A stretch of DNA of 64,000 nucleotides from Antedon mediterranea. Taxonomy: Eukaryota; Animalia; Echinodermata. Of the stretch, positions 13,426 to 26,700 are shown piece after piece. The stretch covers positions 10,833,432 through 10,897,431 of the forward strand of contig NC_092679.1 of NCBI RefSeq assembly GCF_964355755.1, read 5' to 3'. Both the position numbers and the translations under genes were made by a program. A model generated the notes under the pieces. The model was not told the origin of the DNA. It worked only from the letters and a program-made list of their open reading frames with translations, and searched no databases. The number at the start of each line of letters is the position of its first letter. The stretch's first letter is position 1.

Positions 13426-14706
13426 TCACTTTCCACTAAAAAACAGTCCATAGATACTCTCCTTCGATGATGTTGTTAATGTTTCTTTGGGACCAGTGTT
13501 TACTTTGTTCTTGCTAACTGGTGGAGGTGGTTTAACCTTCACACCCATGGAGGATGTTGACATGAAAGAATCCATTCCAGGAATTTCAGTACCATCCTCC
13601 ATAAACATATCATCGATAGAATACAGATCCTCTTCAGGAGGAATATTTGAAACTGGACTATTATGAGGCGACATTCCTGGAGGAGCAATACTCAATGGTG
13701 ATTGGATACTATCTTTTTCTGTTAGTTTCTTATGAGTAAAACTTTCAGCTGGCAATTCTTTTGACTGAACAGCAGCAACACATTGTGGTGTCGGTTTTAA
13801 AATACATGGAGGTGGAGGACCATCACCAGATAATTGAATGATATTTGAAGGTGCAGGTCTGGTTTTCATTTCTTGGTTAATATTGTGTGATCTTTGAATT
13901 ACAATTGCCGCTTCTAGCATCGCATTTTCCCTAGCTTCCTTCATTGACTTAGCAAGAGCTTCATCTTTCTGTACCTTCTCTAGTTGTTGTTTAGCTGCTA
14001 ATTGTGCTCTGGCCATATGAGCTTGCATTTCCTTCGCAATATGAGCCATCTGCTGAGCTTCCTTACTTTTTTCATTTTTAGTGGCAGGTTTTTCAATTTT
14101 TGAATCTAATTTAGGTTTCCCACGACCTCTACTTACAGTTTTACGACCAGGCATTCTTCCAATAAAAGCAGGCTTTGGAATGTTTGCTGAAGGTGCAGTT
14201 GCAGTTGTTGTGACAATCAAACTGGCTGCACCAGACATTTTAGAAGAAACAGATTTACTGACGTCATGCTTTTTGTTCATATTATCAGGTTGACTCACCT
14301 CCTTACCACTGAAAGCTGCTGCTATGTCTCCTTCCCCAGGTAAATAGACTTCTTTATTTTCATCACCATATTTGTCCATCTTCTTTCCAGATGATGGATT
14401 CTTTTGAGATGGCTTTGGTTGAAATATATCAACAGACTTACGAACCTGTAATTCTGGGGGAAGTTTAGGTCCTTCATATATAAGTAGATTTGAAGAAGGC
14501 TGTCTAATATTAGCAGTCTCACTAATCTCTTGTTTTACATCTTTCATACAATCTTCATTCTTGAATGCAAACTTGCCAAATCCACCTTCTTTCTTGGTGA
14601 CTTTAATACTACCTGGGTCTGGTTTATCATCGTCTTGCTTACCTAAAGCAGCAGCCCTTATCAACTCCAGTTCCTTCTCATAAAGTGGATTCTCATCAAT
14701 GTATTT
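13426..14706 (-). CDS. ZNF318: ZNF318-like terminal coding exon 7
   Basis: Starts KYIDENPLYEKELELIRAAAL, continues in the frame of ORF 13426..14664 to TGA. Confidence 0.88.
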   Translation of the reverse strand, partial: KYIDENPLYEKELELIRAAALGKQDDDKPDPGSIKVTKKEGGFGKFAFKNEDCMKDVKQEISETANIRQPSSNLLIYEGPKLPPELQVRKSVDIFQPKPSQKNPSSGKKMDKYGDENKEVYLPGEGDIAAAFSGKEVSQPDNMNKKHDVSKSVSSKMSGAASLIVTTTATAPSANIPKPAFIGRMPGRKTVSRGRGKPKLDSKIEKPATKNEKSKEAQQMAHIAKEMQAHMARAQLAAKQQLEKVQKDEALAKSMKEARENAMLEAAIVIQRSHNINQEMKTRPAPSNIIQLSGDGPPPPCILKPTPQCVAAVQSKELPAESFTHKKLTEKDSIQSPLSIAPPGMSPHNSPVSNIPPEEDLYSIDDMFMEDGTEIPGMDSFMSTSSMGVKVKPPPPVSKNKVNTGPKETLTTSSKESIYGLFFSGK

Positions 14707-17700
14707 CTAGAAATGGTAAACACAATGGGTAACTAATAAAAAACTGGAACATCTGGATCTAGGTATGTTAAGGAGCATTCAATTTTGCAGGTGCATAAGC
14801 CATGCATACACATCACTGTTTAACATTGAACAGATCAGCAGCACAGTGAATACACAGGACTAAGTTCTTAATTTTTAAAATATGTATACATATGCCTATG
14901 TGTGTACAGTACTATGAATCTTTATACAGATGCTTTTTTTAAATCTTCCTCGTTCATTAGGCATTTTTAGGTTTTGACTAGTACCCATTTCACACGTACA
15001 ATCTTTTTCAAATGTAGCAAGTTGTTACAAAGATTCATGCGTGTGAATCTTGTTACAAAGGCTTGTAAAACATCATAGGCCTATGCTATGTCAGGCCAAG
15101 TGAATAGATTGAGCATGATTTAATATACAAAAAGAAAACTTAAGATAGAAAATCTGTTGTTTTTGTAATTTTAACTGTTTTTTTACGAGTTGTTACAAAA
15201 GGTCAATAATGCATGTACTAACACAGTACAAATAACTCAGAAATTATTGATGTTTATAACTTTTTACAACTTAGTACATTTGGTCTACGTGTGAAATGTA
15301 TTGGTTTTATTTTTAGAACCAACGTAAGAAACTACTAAAACATTGCATGTCCACAATGGGTTTAGAAGAGGAGGTTGTTTAATTCAACCTTATTTTTTAA
15401 AACTTGTCTCTTTGGAACACGATTGTCTGCTTTCTTTACCTGATAAGCCATGTTATGTTCTACACTTTTTAAATGTTCAGCAGAACAAGCTGCATCACCA
15501 AAAAAATTCTTGCAGAGTTTACAGTAAAATCCATTAACTGGCATCATGAAATCAACACCTGGTGGAAGAGTTCTTAATACATTATCAACTATTTCAAGAT
15601 ATTATAGTGCATCAATTGATTAGATTGTATGCTTTTATTAAAGTGTTCATATATTTTAAGTAATCCTATAACTTCAGAGCTTCAAGATTCTTTATCTAAT
15701 ATTATTTAGTTTTAATTAAAAAATATTCAAACATAATTTAAACCAAAGTCTGTGAACACACGAAGAAACACATCAGCTGAAAACATATTGTAGCTACAAA
15801 CTCTATTGTAAATTAGATGTTTTTAACTTTATGCTTTTCAGTCATAATTAGTAGTTTGAAATACATGGGTTATAAAACAAACAAAAAAATAGAAACAGTG
15901 GAAACTCGCGTCATAGAAAATAACTTATAGTAATAATAAACATACCTTTTAAAGGAGCAGCAACAGTTTTTGATGATGATGGGTGTGGATTTGCTTTCAT
16001 ATCCGACATCCAAGGCCTATCAAATGGATCACATTTCTAGGAAAGAAACTTTACTGAATCAGTCAAAAGTAAAATCAGTTTTTTTGTTAGATTTTGAAAG
16101 TAAAACAAAACATTTAAAATGAAATATATATACAGCCTTGAGTACACAGCATTTGCATGTCTACTGTGTTTCAAAAAACTGAAAACCAACACAAACTGAT
16201 AGAAGATGATTCTTGCACTAATTACGATACTAGTCATTACCGTATTATGATCACTGATGTCACTATGTGGCTAATTTTGACAATGGCAAATATGATCAAA
16301 GCATATGGGCAAGATCCAACTGTGAATCATTGTGTCTAGCTACATGGTCTGATGCAGCAATTATACAACTGCAGCAATCATTTGATCAGTTACGGTAGTT
16401 TATCTCAATGTGTAGAAAATGAACTGAAAATTGTAATTTTCTATTATAAAACTATACAGAATAAATAACAACAATAATTTAGTCACAATAGGTTTCATGG
16501 TGTGGAAATAGTAATACTGTAAATATTTCAAGGAAACACTACTCCAAATTAATACCCAACAAATTAAAATATTCTATAAGAAAAATATATGCCATACTTA
16601 AAATGCCTATGTTGTATTTTAAAGCTGTTATTATGTAACAAACCACCTAAAATTCTACTACAAACATGTTCTTACCTGTAGGTGTTTCTTTGAATGAAGA
16701 TGAATAAAAACCTCATTCAATCTCGCTAGCGACATTTTGCACATCTTGCAAAAGTGAGAGCCAGGGTCAAAGTAAGAAAATTCAAACTGAAACTTTTCTT
16801 TTGGTTTGTTTTTGACACTTTCTTTTTCCAATTGTTTTCTTTCTTCTTGCTTGATATTTTCTTCTAAATGTTTTCTTTTTTCTTCTTGATTGCTTCTTTT
16901 GCTATCATGTCGCCTTTCACCTACATCTCGGTCATCAACCTAATCAAAATGCAGTATGTTCATCTGATTTACAAATTAGAAACTTTGTTGTTTTGTTAAA
17001 GTGGTAACAGACAATAATACTGCAATATTAAATTAAATGCAAGCTAAGGTATTAATAGCATGCATCTATAGAATATGGTATTGCTAAGTGCAACTCTTGA
17101 TAGCTGAGTAAATAGGCAACCACTCCCGTAATGTTGTGTGATGTTTAGACATTATATAATTTCCTGTATGTGTACTTGCTAATATCGAAAATTATCTTGG
17201 AAAACATATTTTATGTTTACATGTTCATATTAGCTGACAAAAATGACTTGATATCAAATGCTACAAGTCAAGTCAAGTACTACATAGTTTAGATCCTACT
17301 CTTGAACTACTTGGTTGGTTCGTTTAATATTATAATAGTGAAAACCTTTAACAGTTATGTGATGCTGTTGATTTTGCATAACCTTACAATTTAACTACTG
17401 TATTTTGGAAATGCATGGTGCATAAACAAAATGAAAGGATCAAAAGATATGAGCAATCCATTACAACCTAATTATAAAGGGACAATACTTACAGCTTTGT
17501 TTTTTCGTCCGTCTTCTCTACTATCACTACGTTTCGGGGAATACTTTCGTTTATCATATCTCGAAGAGTCTCTGCTTGAACGGCGAATATCTTTACACTC
17601 TTTGCTTCTATCCTCTTTGTCTAATGTATCTTGTCTCTGTGGTGACATTCTGTTTCCATTCCGCGGAAAAGAGGAACGTTTACGAACAAACTCATTTGGC

Positions 17701-20700
17701 TCTGAACTAGACAATCTACTCGATTTTGAAGATTCTTTTTCTGGTGATACTGAAATGCTTCTATTTTCTCTAGCACTCTTTTCTTTCTTTGCACTTTCAT
17801 TTCTCTTTTTCTCAGTGTAATCCCTTCTAAGTTGATGAATCTGATTTGCAATTGCATCTTGAAGCATAGTATTTTCCATCAGTACGGGATCTTTTGAATC
17901 TCTGCGATAGTTCCGTTTCCTTATTAATTCAGATTGCTGCTTACGTAGCCTACAAAGTTCTTCTTCCAACATCTCCATTCGACGAAGATATATCGCTTTT
18001 TCATCTTGTAATTGTTTTTTTTTTTCTGTCAACTCTTTATTTTTAGCAACAGATTCTTTTTTCTTTTTCAGAATCTCAAGAGTCTTCTCTTTTATATCAT
18101 CTTCAAGTTCTTTTCTTGTCACAGGACGCTGCCTTGCTATTTTTTCAAATTTCTCCTTTACTTCTAAAACTGCTTGTTTTTTGGCATCCCGTTCATCATC
18201 AGAATCCGTATTAACAGTTCCTTGCCTTTCATTCAATTGTTCCAGTTCGTCCTCCGAGGAAAGGTATTCTGTGCTTACAACAGTTGGCATATTTACAAGT
18301 CCCAGTCTGCGATTTGTTTCTTTTTCTATGTCACGAACTGGCCTATCTCTAGTTGTTTTTGATTGTTTCTTTCTACCATCAGATTCTGAATCATCACTGG
18401 CATATTTTGGTCGTTTTCTGCGATCTATATCATCATCATCGTTATCACTACTGATTTCACGTCTTGACTTTCGTTTATGCTTCTTTGACTTCTCAAGTGA
18501 TCTACTATGCGACTCAAAATTGATTTTCCCATCTTCTGGATGTTGCTGTTGTTGTTGCTGTTGATATCCATAAGTTGAGGAATACTCATAATATGGAAAT
18601 TGCTGCATATATGGATTCGCATTAAATTGACCATGAGTAGGATTAAAAGGGCTCTGGTGGGATGAATACATCATATGTTGCATTTCAATTGGTGGAAATC
18701 CATGAATAGGAGGATGAACAATACCAACTGGTGGATTTCTTGGAGGAAAGGTAGGGTAATTAGCATACTGAATAGACGATGGTGGATATATATGCGAATC
18801 ATTATAATTAAATGCTTCATTAGGACCTGGCTTACTTTGACTTTCATGGACTGCTGTTTTTGGCTCCATTGATTTTCGCATATTGTCAGTTGCTTCCTCT
18901 TTTATTAATGTGTCTAACCCTCCATCAAACCCTGAACTCAAGAAAGATGCTGACTGGTCAAACGTTCCAAATGGCACATCTTTAGAGTTTTGCGCTTGTT
19001 TACTATCTGGTTTAACATCACCTACTTCAATGTACGTGGAGTTTTTAGATTTTTGTTCAGTTGATGAAGTTTCTTCACTTTTTTTTTGCTGTTGAATCTT
19101 TTTAGCAAGGTCAAAATCAAAGCCTATGGCAGATAATATTTTTTGGACCTGAGTATTCTGAAAGTCAGGCTGGTTGGTTACTTGCAACTCTTCTGCTATC
19201 TCAGAAGAATTAAACTGTGGTACATACTTTTCTTCACTTTCCTTTAAAGGTGATTGATAATTTACTTCAGTGCTATTTTTTGTATTGTACTGATCATTAT
19301 GATCCCTATGTTGCTCATTTTCTGTTTCATCATCTCCATACAAAAACTCTTCTTCATCATCAATTGATGGAAATCCAAACCGATTAGATTTTAAATTTTC
19401 TTCAGATGGTTCATCCAATAAATCAAGACCAGGCAAAGACCCTTCTATATTTCTAGAGAATATACTAGAGTATACAGACAACTCGGGTTCTGCTGTTGTT
19501 GGTACATTCTTTAATATAGACTTTATTGGTTTGTCAGGTTCTGGTTGGCTTACTATTGGAGCAGGATTTTTTGTCCGTTTTAAGATAGATTTAGCAGGCT
19601 TAATAGTGGGTCCAGACAAACCTGCTGCTTCCTTTAGTGTCTCAGTCAATGATTTAGATTTTTCTTTCATTTTATTTGCATCAAAACTTGAATGTGTTAT
19701 GTGTGAAAGGTCATTTAAAAGTTTTTGAACTGAATTTTGGCCATCGTCTGACACGGCTTGTTGTAATTTAGAAGCATGGGGATATTTGTTATCAATCTTG
19801 CTTGGAGGATCTTCAACAAGCTCATGGGTGGAAACCCTCAGTCTAGGGTCATTATTTCTTGATTGTGTATACTTCATAGATTCTTCAGCTTTAAAACTAT
19901 GTTGTGATACTGATGCTTGGTGCTTCTTTATTTTACCGCCTTTATCAGGAGAAGGCGACCTGCTGCTTCTTCTGGAACTACTACTGCTGCTTCTACTGCT
20001 ACTATTCTTTACAACACTTGTTTTACTCTTACGATGATATTCATCATATATTTTCCTCTGCTTTTCATCGTGCATGGGTCCACTTGAATTATCAATTTGG
20101 TTCCCAGTTTGAAACTCATATTTTGAACTGTAAAAAACAATATATATTATGTTAATTATTGCAGGATTATTTCTATTATTTCATTTATTTATTATGTCCT
20201 GGGACCCCAAAAGCAACAGTCACCATAGAAAATGAAATGTCTGGGGTCCCAGAAGAACCTAATTACATAAAATTAAAAATTAATATACAGTTTAAAATAC
20301 ATTTAAAAACAAGAAACAGGGGAAAAAGAAAGCACCAAAATATGTATTTCTAATATATAGATATCCCACTATTCGTTCAATGCAAATGAACGCGAGACAC
20401 TATGGGCGTTGCCATTTATTCAATTTCAAGGGTGCCTCGCACGTCAAGTAGAGAAACATAAAGTTATTGATACCAATTAACATAAAATGTAATGTTACTT
20501 TTATAGAAAGTAAAAATTAATCATATTTTTGTGCTTTGGAATGAAAAATTTGTGTTTCAATTATCTGAAATTGTTTTGGTACACCGGACTATCTACCATT
20601 TTTATTATTTATTTTACAATTAATTGTTTATCATTGAACAGAGATAGAGAAATTAATATCTTTAGAAACACTTCATGATCAGAGTGAATAAATAGATTCT

Positions 20701-23700
20701 AGTGATCATATTGTATTTTCATTCATCGAACATATATCTTTTTGTACTTCATTTATTACAAATTTACATGTATTTAGGATCCATAAATAAAGGCACTATA
20801 TATCATTGTGTAATTTACAGTTTAACATTCTTCGATCAAGCCAAGGCCCAACAACAGAAAGCTAGAGCAGCGGAGAGAATGTGATTTATAAGACATTTGT
20901 AGGTTCTATGAAAACAGGCCGACATTTTGGGGGTTTTCATTTACTTACTTACTTGTTTACTTGTTTCCCCGTACACTTTCGTCTACGGGATCGAGGCAAA
21001 GCACTCAGTGCTTAAAAGCCCCTCTTAGCAATAAAATCATATTCTATATAGGGTGAAAACTTCAGCGGGTGGTTAGACCATGCGACGTTAAGTTTTGATT
21101 TGAACAAGTTCACAGTAGCACATGAAACTACATCCGTAGGCAGAGCATTCCATAAGAGAATAACTCTCCTGGAGAACGTGTCCCTCCTAATATTAAGACG
21201 AGAGCTTTTAAACTTGAGTTTATATGGGTGTCCACGGGTCCGAGATTCTAGATCAAATTCAAAAAATGTGTTGATCGAAATACGATCGAAACCTTTAACA
21301 ATCCTAAAAACTTGGATAATATCCGCTCTCTGCCTTCGGTATCTCATGGTAGGAAGACCAAGAATTCATAAGGAATATTACGGTACCTAGGAATCAATCT
21401 TGTTGCTCTTTGCTGGACCTTCTCTATTTCATCTTGATCTCGTTTTCTAATAGGATTATAAACAGTGTTACAATATTCAAGCGTTGGCCTGACAATAGAC
21501 TTATACAGCTTCAAAAATCCATCTTTATTCAAGAATTTAAAAGATCTATAAATCATTCCTAGTTTCTTATTAGCTCTTTTACAAATATCCGCTACATGCA
21601 AATTAAAGATTAAACTAGGATCAAAGGTAACACCTAGATCTTTCTCCTGCTTTACCTCATGTAGTAAATTACCAACCATTGAATACAAGAAATTGGGATT
21701 ATCACGACCATAATGAAATACCTTACACTTAGTGTCATTAAATGGCAATTGCCAAACATTAGACCAATGGGAAGCACTGTCAATGTCTCTCTGAAATAAA
21801 TCCGCATCATCAATGTTATTGACCACTCTATACAACTTGGTGTCGTCTGCAAATAAACGTATACTAGATTCGACAACATCCGGTAAATCGTTAATGAAGA
21901 TTGAAAATAAGATTGGGCCCACAACGCTACCCTGTGGAATTCCACTTAATACTGGAGCCTGTGATGATAATTGACCATTGACACTAACTCGTTGTGTTCT
22001 ATTTGACAAATAATTAGAGAACCAACCTAGTAGATTTCCCGTAATACCAAAACCTTTCAATTTGACTAGAAGCCTTTGGTGTGGCACACTATCAAAAGCC
22101 TTTTTATAGTCTAAATAGACACAATCAAAGCTATCATGGTTATCCAGGTTAGTAGTCCAACTCTCCAGGACATCAAGTAGTTGTAATGCACATGATCTAC
22201 CTTGTCTGAATCCAAATTGCTCATTGCACAAAAGACCATTACTCTCAAGATACATTACAAGATCCCTAATAATCCTTTCCATCATTTTCCCTATGACAGA
22301 CGTTAAACTAACCGGTCTGTAGTTAGCCGGGTCCTCCTTTTTGCCTTTTTTAATTATAGGTATTACAATTGCCTCCTTCCACGATAGAGGGACCTTCTGA
22401 TCATTGAATAGACTGAGAGGGTAAGCAATTTGATCCTTTAATTCAATCAAAACCCGTGGGTGAAAGCCATCAGGGCCAGCTGACTTATCTATAACTAAGT
22501 TAGACAACAGCTTATGAATATCTTCTACATTAAACTAAATATCTGACAAAGAAGCCTCAATCTTTTCATCAAGATTCGGAACATTCGATAGGTTCTCCTT
22601 ACAAAAGACACTGCTAAAAAAAGAAGTAAAAGACTCTGTAACGGGTTGGGTCTCGTACATGCTGAGCTAAAAATAAGTCATTAATGGTGTCGAAAAAATT
22701 ATGACTGTTTTTACCATCTTCACCAGTCACATATCCTAGCTCCCAATTAATACAGTACTCCTATAATTGAAATCTCCAACTATAATAAAATCAGAACAAG
22801 AAAAGGATGCCACTTTTCTAAACAGAGAACACAAAGCAGAATTATTGACACTAGATCCGGCGTCACTTCTATACACACATCCAATTAAAAAGGTGCGATC
22901 TTTGACTCTAATCTCAACAAACATGGATTCCTCAAACAAAATATCTTTAAACAAAACAGGAGTGGCAGACATCCCATTTCGAACATAAATAACAACTCCT
23001 CTACCAGAAGAAAGCTTTTCATTTGGCAAAAACATCTGAAAACCAGGGATATGAAACTCAATTCAAAAAAGTACTTTTTTGGTAGAATCTCAGTCAAAGC
23101 AATGATATCTACTTTCTCTGAAGATAAACGCAACAGAAGCTCATTCTTCTTATTTAGAAGGGAATCATAATTTGTATAAAACACATTAAAAAAATCATTA
23201 ACATCTTCTGACTGCGTAGAACTTACATTGTTAGGCAGTGTTCTCTTCCGATTGGGTAGTGCTTTGGGAACGAAACCGAGTTATTTTCCCCCTTCTAATT
23301 GCCTATCCCTCAATATGTCCCTAAGTTTATTATACTCATCACGTTCCTTTATTGTTCTATCATTACTTACTGCGCACTTTTTTTGTATAGCAATTTCAAA
23401 GGCATCTCTTTTGATACATTCCTCCTTGAAAACTACCTTTATAGGGCGGCACCCTTCTTCTCTGCGTTTACCCACCCGCAAAAATGTTCTCATTTCGACC
23501 TCTAGGTCAATATCCTTGAAAATACCTGTCAATTTACTGAGGTCATCATTTTTTCTTGTATCTGAGTCATTACTCTTGGACTCATCTATTCTATATAGCA
23601 TCAAATTAGATTTTCTTTTCAATCTCTCATTTTCATCCTTAAGTCCATTTTCAATTATTGTCTTAACCTCCTCATTATTAACACTACTAGATGACCGTGA

Positions 23701-26700
23701 TAACTTTTTAATATCCTCTTTATTGATCTCTACCTCAGATTTAATTGCTTCAATTGTTTTAATCATGTTTTTTTGTGTCTCATTAACATTATTAATAAGA
23801 CCCATGAAATTGCCTACTGAGACTGAGCAGCTCCTACAGTACCAAAAAAAAGATGAGTCATCTTTGGATAGCCACTTATATTTGGCTTCATTAATTTTCT
23901 GACAATCTATGTGGAACCATAGCTTACAAAGACCGCATAAAACCGATTTGCCACCAGACATAAAATGGCAACCACATGAACCACATTCGTCTTCACCCTC
24001 GATATCTACTACCGTTTTATCAACTGTGCCTCCTGCATTACGTGATCTAGGCTTAGGCCTGGCACCTTGATCTTTGCTTTTGGAAGCCATGCCCTACTTA
24101 CACAACCCTAGGCCTAGTGAAAGACAATCTAGTCCTTAGATTAAATACACTAAGAGCTCAAGCAGAAATTTGAAGCAATAAGAATAGGAATGATAAGGAT
24201 ATGAAAGTAAAAGATCGTAAAAAAAAACTTTACAAACCCCGCCAGCAATAATTAAGAAATTTCCGACTTCAGAAACAAGTCCCACCATAAAGCGCGCACA
24301 ACAAACTAGGGGGCCTAGGCCTAGCCTATTCCTTAGCGTATGGTGCCTAGGCTAGAGGCCTGGTATAATGAACAGCTAAGGCAAGTAAAATAAGAGCACA
24401 AGCAACAATTCAATCAAAGATGAGCAAAGGGAGTTTTATATTATTTAAGAAATACCAAATCTATAAAAAACTAGCAAACAAGATTCAAAGACTTTCCGAT
24501 TACAGATATTCGTCCAACCACAAACCCAGGCCTAGCAAAGACAATCTAAAAAAATCTCTCCAATCAAAAGATAAATCGAATAATACAAGGGTTAAGCTAC
24601 ATTTGTAGCAATAAGAAGAGTAATGGAGACTTTATGTAAGTAAAAATCGTGGATAAACTATACAAAACCAGCAAACAAGATTCAAAACTTTTACAACTTC
24701 AGAAACACGTCCAACCACCATGAAGCGCCCTCATTAATTTCATAGCAGTTTGACAGTGTTTAAATAATAGATAAAAGGAAATAAATCTGAAACTTAAAGT
24801 ATTTTTAATTCTTATTTTCAATCACACACTAAATTGAAAACCTTTAAAAAATCAATAGTTAAATATAAAATATTGCTGCTCATGAATAATTTATACATGA
24901 GATTCAACAAGTGGGCGTAGCCTTTAGCATGAAATTCTATCGAGGACGATAAAGTTGCCATTTTCCAGTTTACAGACGACTAGAAATAATGTACATATAA
25001 TCTTAAATATACAGTTCAAATTACACTTAAATGTGGAATTTTGAAAACTATAAATATTTATTTAACGAAATTTAATAGGGTCAAAATGCAAATGTTAAAA
25101 GCAATAAATTTTGCGCGGTGTTTGAATTTGAGGCCCCTAGCTAAGAAGGTTAGGCTTTGCTGTATTACCAGAGCCAAGCAATTCAGCCACTCGACGCGAG
25201 ACAGGGAAGGGAAAGAGATACTGCCTTTTCGCGCTCAAGGCGATCTTTAACTGGTAAGGGCGAGTTTAATTTTGTGAACATAAACCGCACCACCTACCTT
25301 TTATTATAACCAAGTTAGCCCAGGGGTTTTGTTGGTAGCCAGCAATTGCCGCATTTGACCGTCTACTTTGGCATTTTCGCCGGCTACTTTCTGCCTACCT
25401 ACACAGCCTAGCCTAGGCTACTGTAGCTTCCGGCGAGAGTAGTTTTATAACAGACATGAACCATAAGAGAAAAAAAATGCAGTCTAGCCTAACTCACGCA
25501 ATATTTAGAAATTGTCTATGTTATTATATAAAGGGTATTCATTTGACTTGTGTTTGTTGTATTTATTACGACGAATTGTACGCTCTGCTGATGTAAATGC
25601 AAAGTTCAAACCAACAACAACAAATTTAAAACACAGCAAGGCGTGCAAAATACTGTAACACCAGTACTCAAGTCTCACAGTTCCCGAATCACTGCGAGTC
25701 GTGCAGCAGTAGTGCATCGATCCCCTGTATTATTCGCTGATGGTATTATACAGTATTGCACACCGCTTGTTATGCATATGATTTAAATATGTAATGCCAT
25801 ATTCATTTATGTAGTATAGAAGAATGCAGAAACCAATAACACAAGACATATTTAATTTGTGCACGTGTAATGGCTGAAATTATGATTGTGATGCAGTAAT
25901 GGCATTATCAAGATGGTGAAATATGGGACGCAAAAAATATTTGAAGGGTTGAAGGAGATTGAGAAATTATAAAGAAAAAATGCTTTAGTGTCGTTAGTGC
26001 CTTTATTTTAAAGCAATACATGCTGAAGTGTCGATACAATCAATGGTATCAATGTTACCAAATTTTGGTCAAAGGTTTGATCTTGCTGAAAATGTTATAA
26101 GCAAACACAACAAAATCTTTAAAAAATAAGAACAAAGTTGCCAACAAAAAATATGTAAAGATCCAAGTGTTACACTATATACGGCCAATTGTGTTTTTTT
26201 ATTGATTATTTTATGACTGTTTATTTTTCTGAAGAAATAATCCATCTTTAAAATGACATAATTAAAGCAACTAAGCTTTTTAAATATTGAGCATTATATT
26301 TAGTATAGGCCTCCTATTAATGTTTCTCTTCAAAATTAATATATTTTATAAACTCGTTCCATAAAAACATAGAGTAAGCATAAAAGGAACAATTTGGTTG
26401 GGACGCGATTTTTTTTTCCGTACGAAAGTTCCTCCGTCGGTTCGTTTCGGACTCAATCGACTCTTCGGTAAGCCACCGATGTTCACTGATGCGTGACAAC
26501 AAGCACAAGACAAAACATGAGCAGCTTTTTTGCACGAGTGACAGATTTATACATTACTATACTATACTCACTGTAAATATGATAATAAATATTAATAGTA
26601 GTACTGAATCTCATAGTTGTAGTAACGGTAAGAGCATTATTATTATTGTAATAATAATAATAGGCCTACAGTACAGGACAGAATTATTGCAAAAATCCCA

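Larger units (their letters stand above)
20942..24730 (-). mobile_element. Near full-length CR1-clade LINE in ZNF318 intron 2, same strand as the gene
   Basis: ORF1 23281..24090 with a PHD finger; ORF2 fragments 23184->21012 with EN (ALTE, YRS, GDFN) and RT (NYRPVSLTS, GIPQGSVVGP, FADD); 3' hairpin CCCGTA..TACGGG and (AAGT)n tail; possible short TSD TCATT. Confidence 0.92.

Noticed and set aside
17431-20155. Several plus-strand ORFs overlapping ZNF318 exon 3, and ORFs 23228..23902 and 43595..43843
   Set aside because: Antisense shadows of low-complexity coding sequence with no independent motifs.
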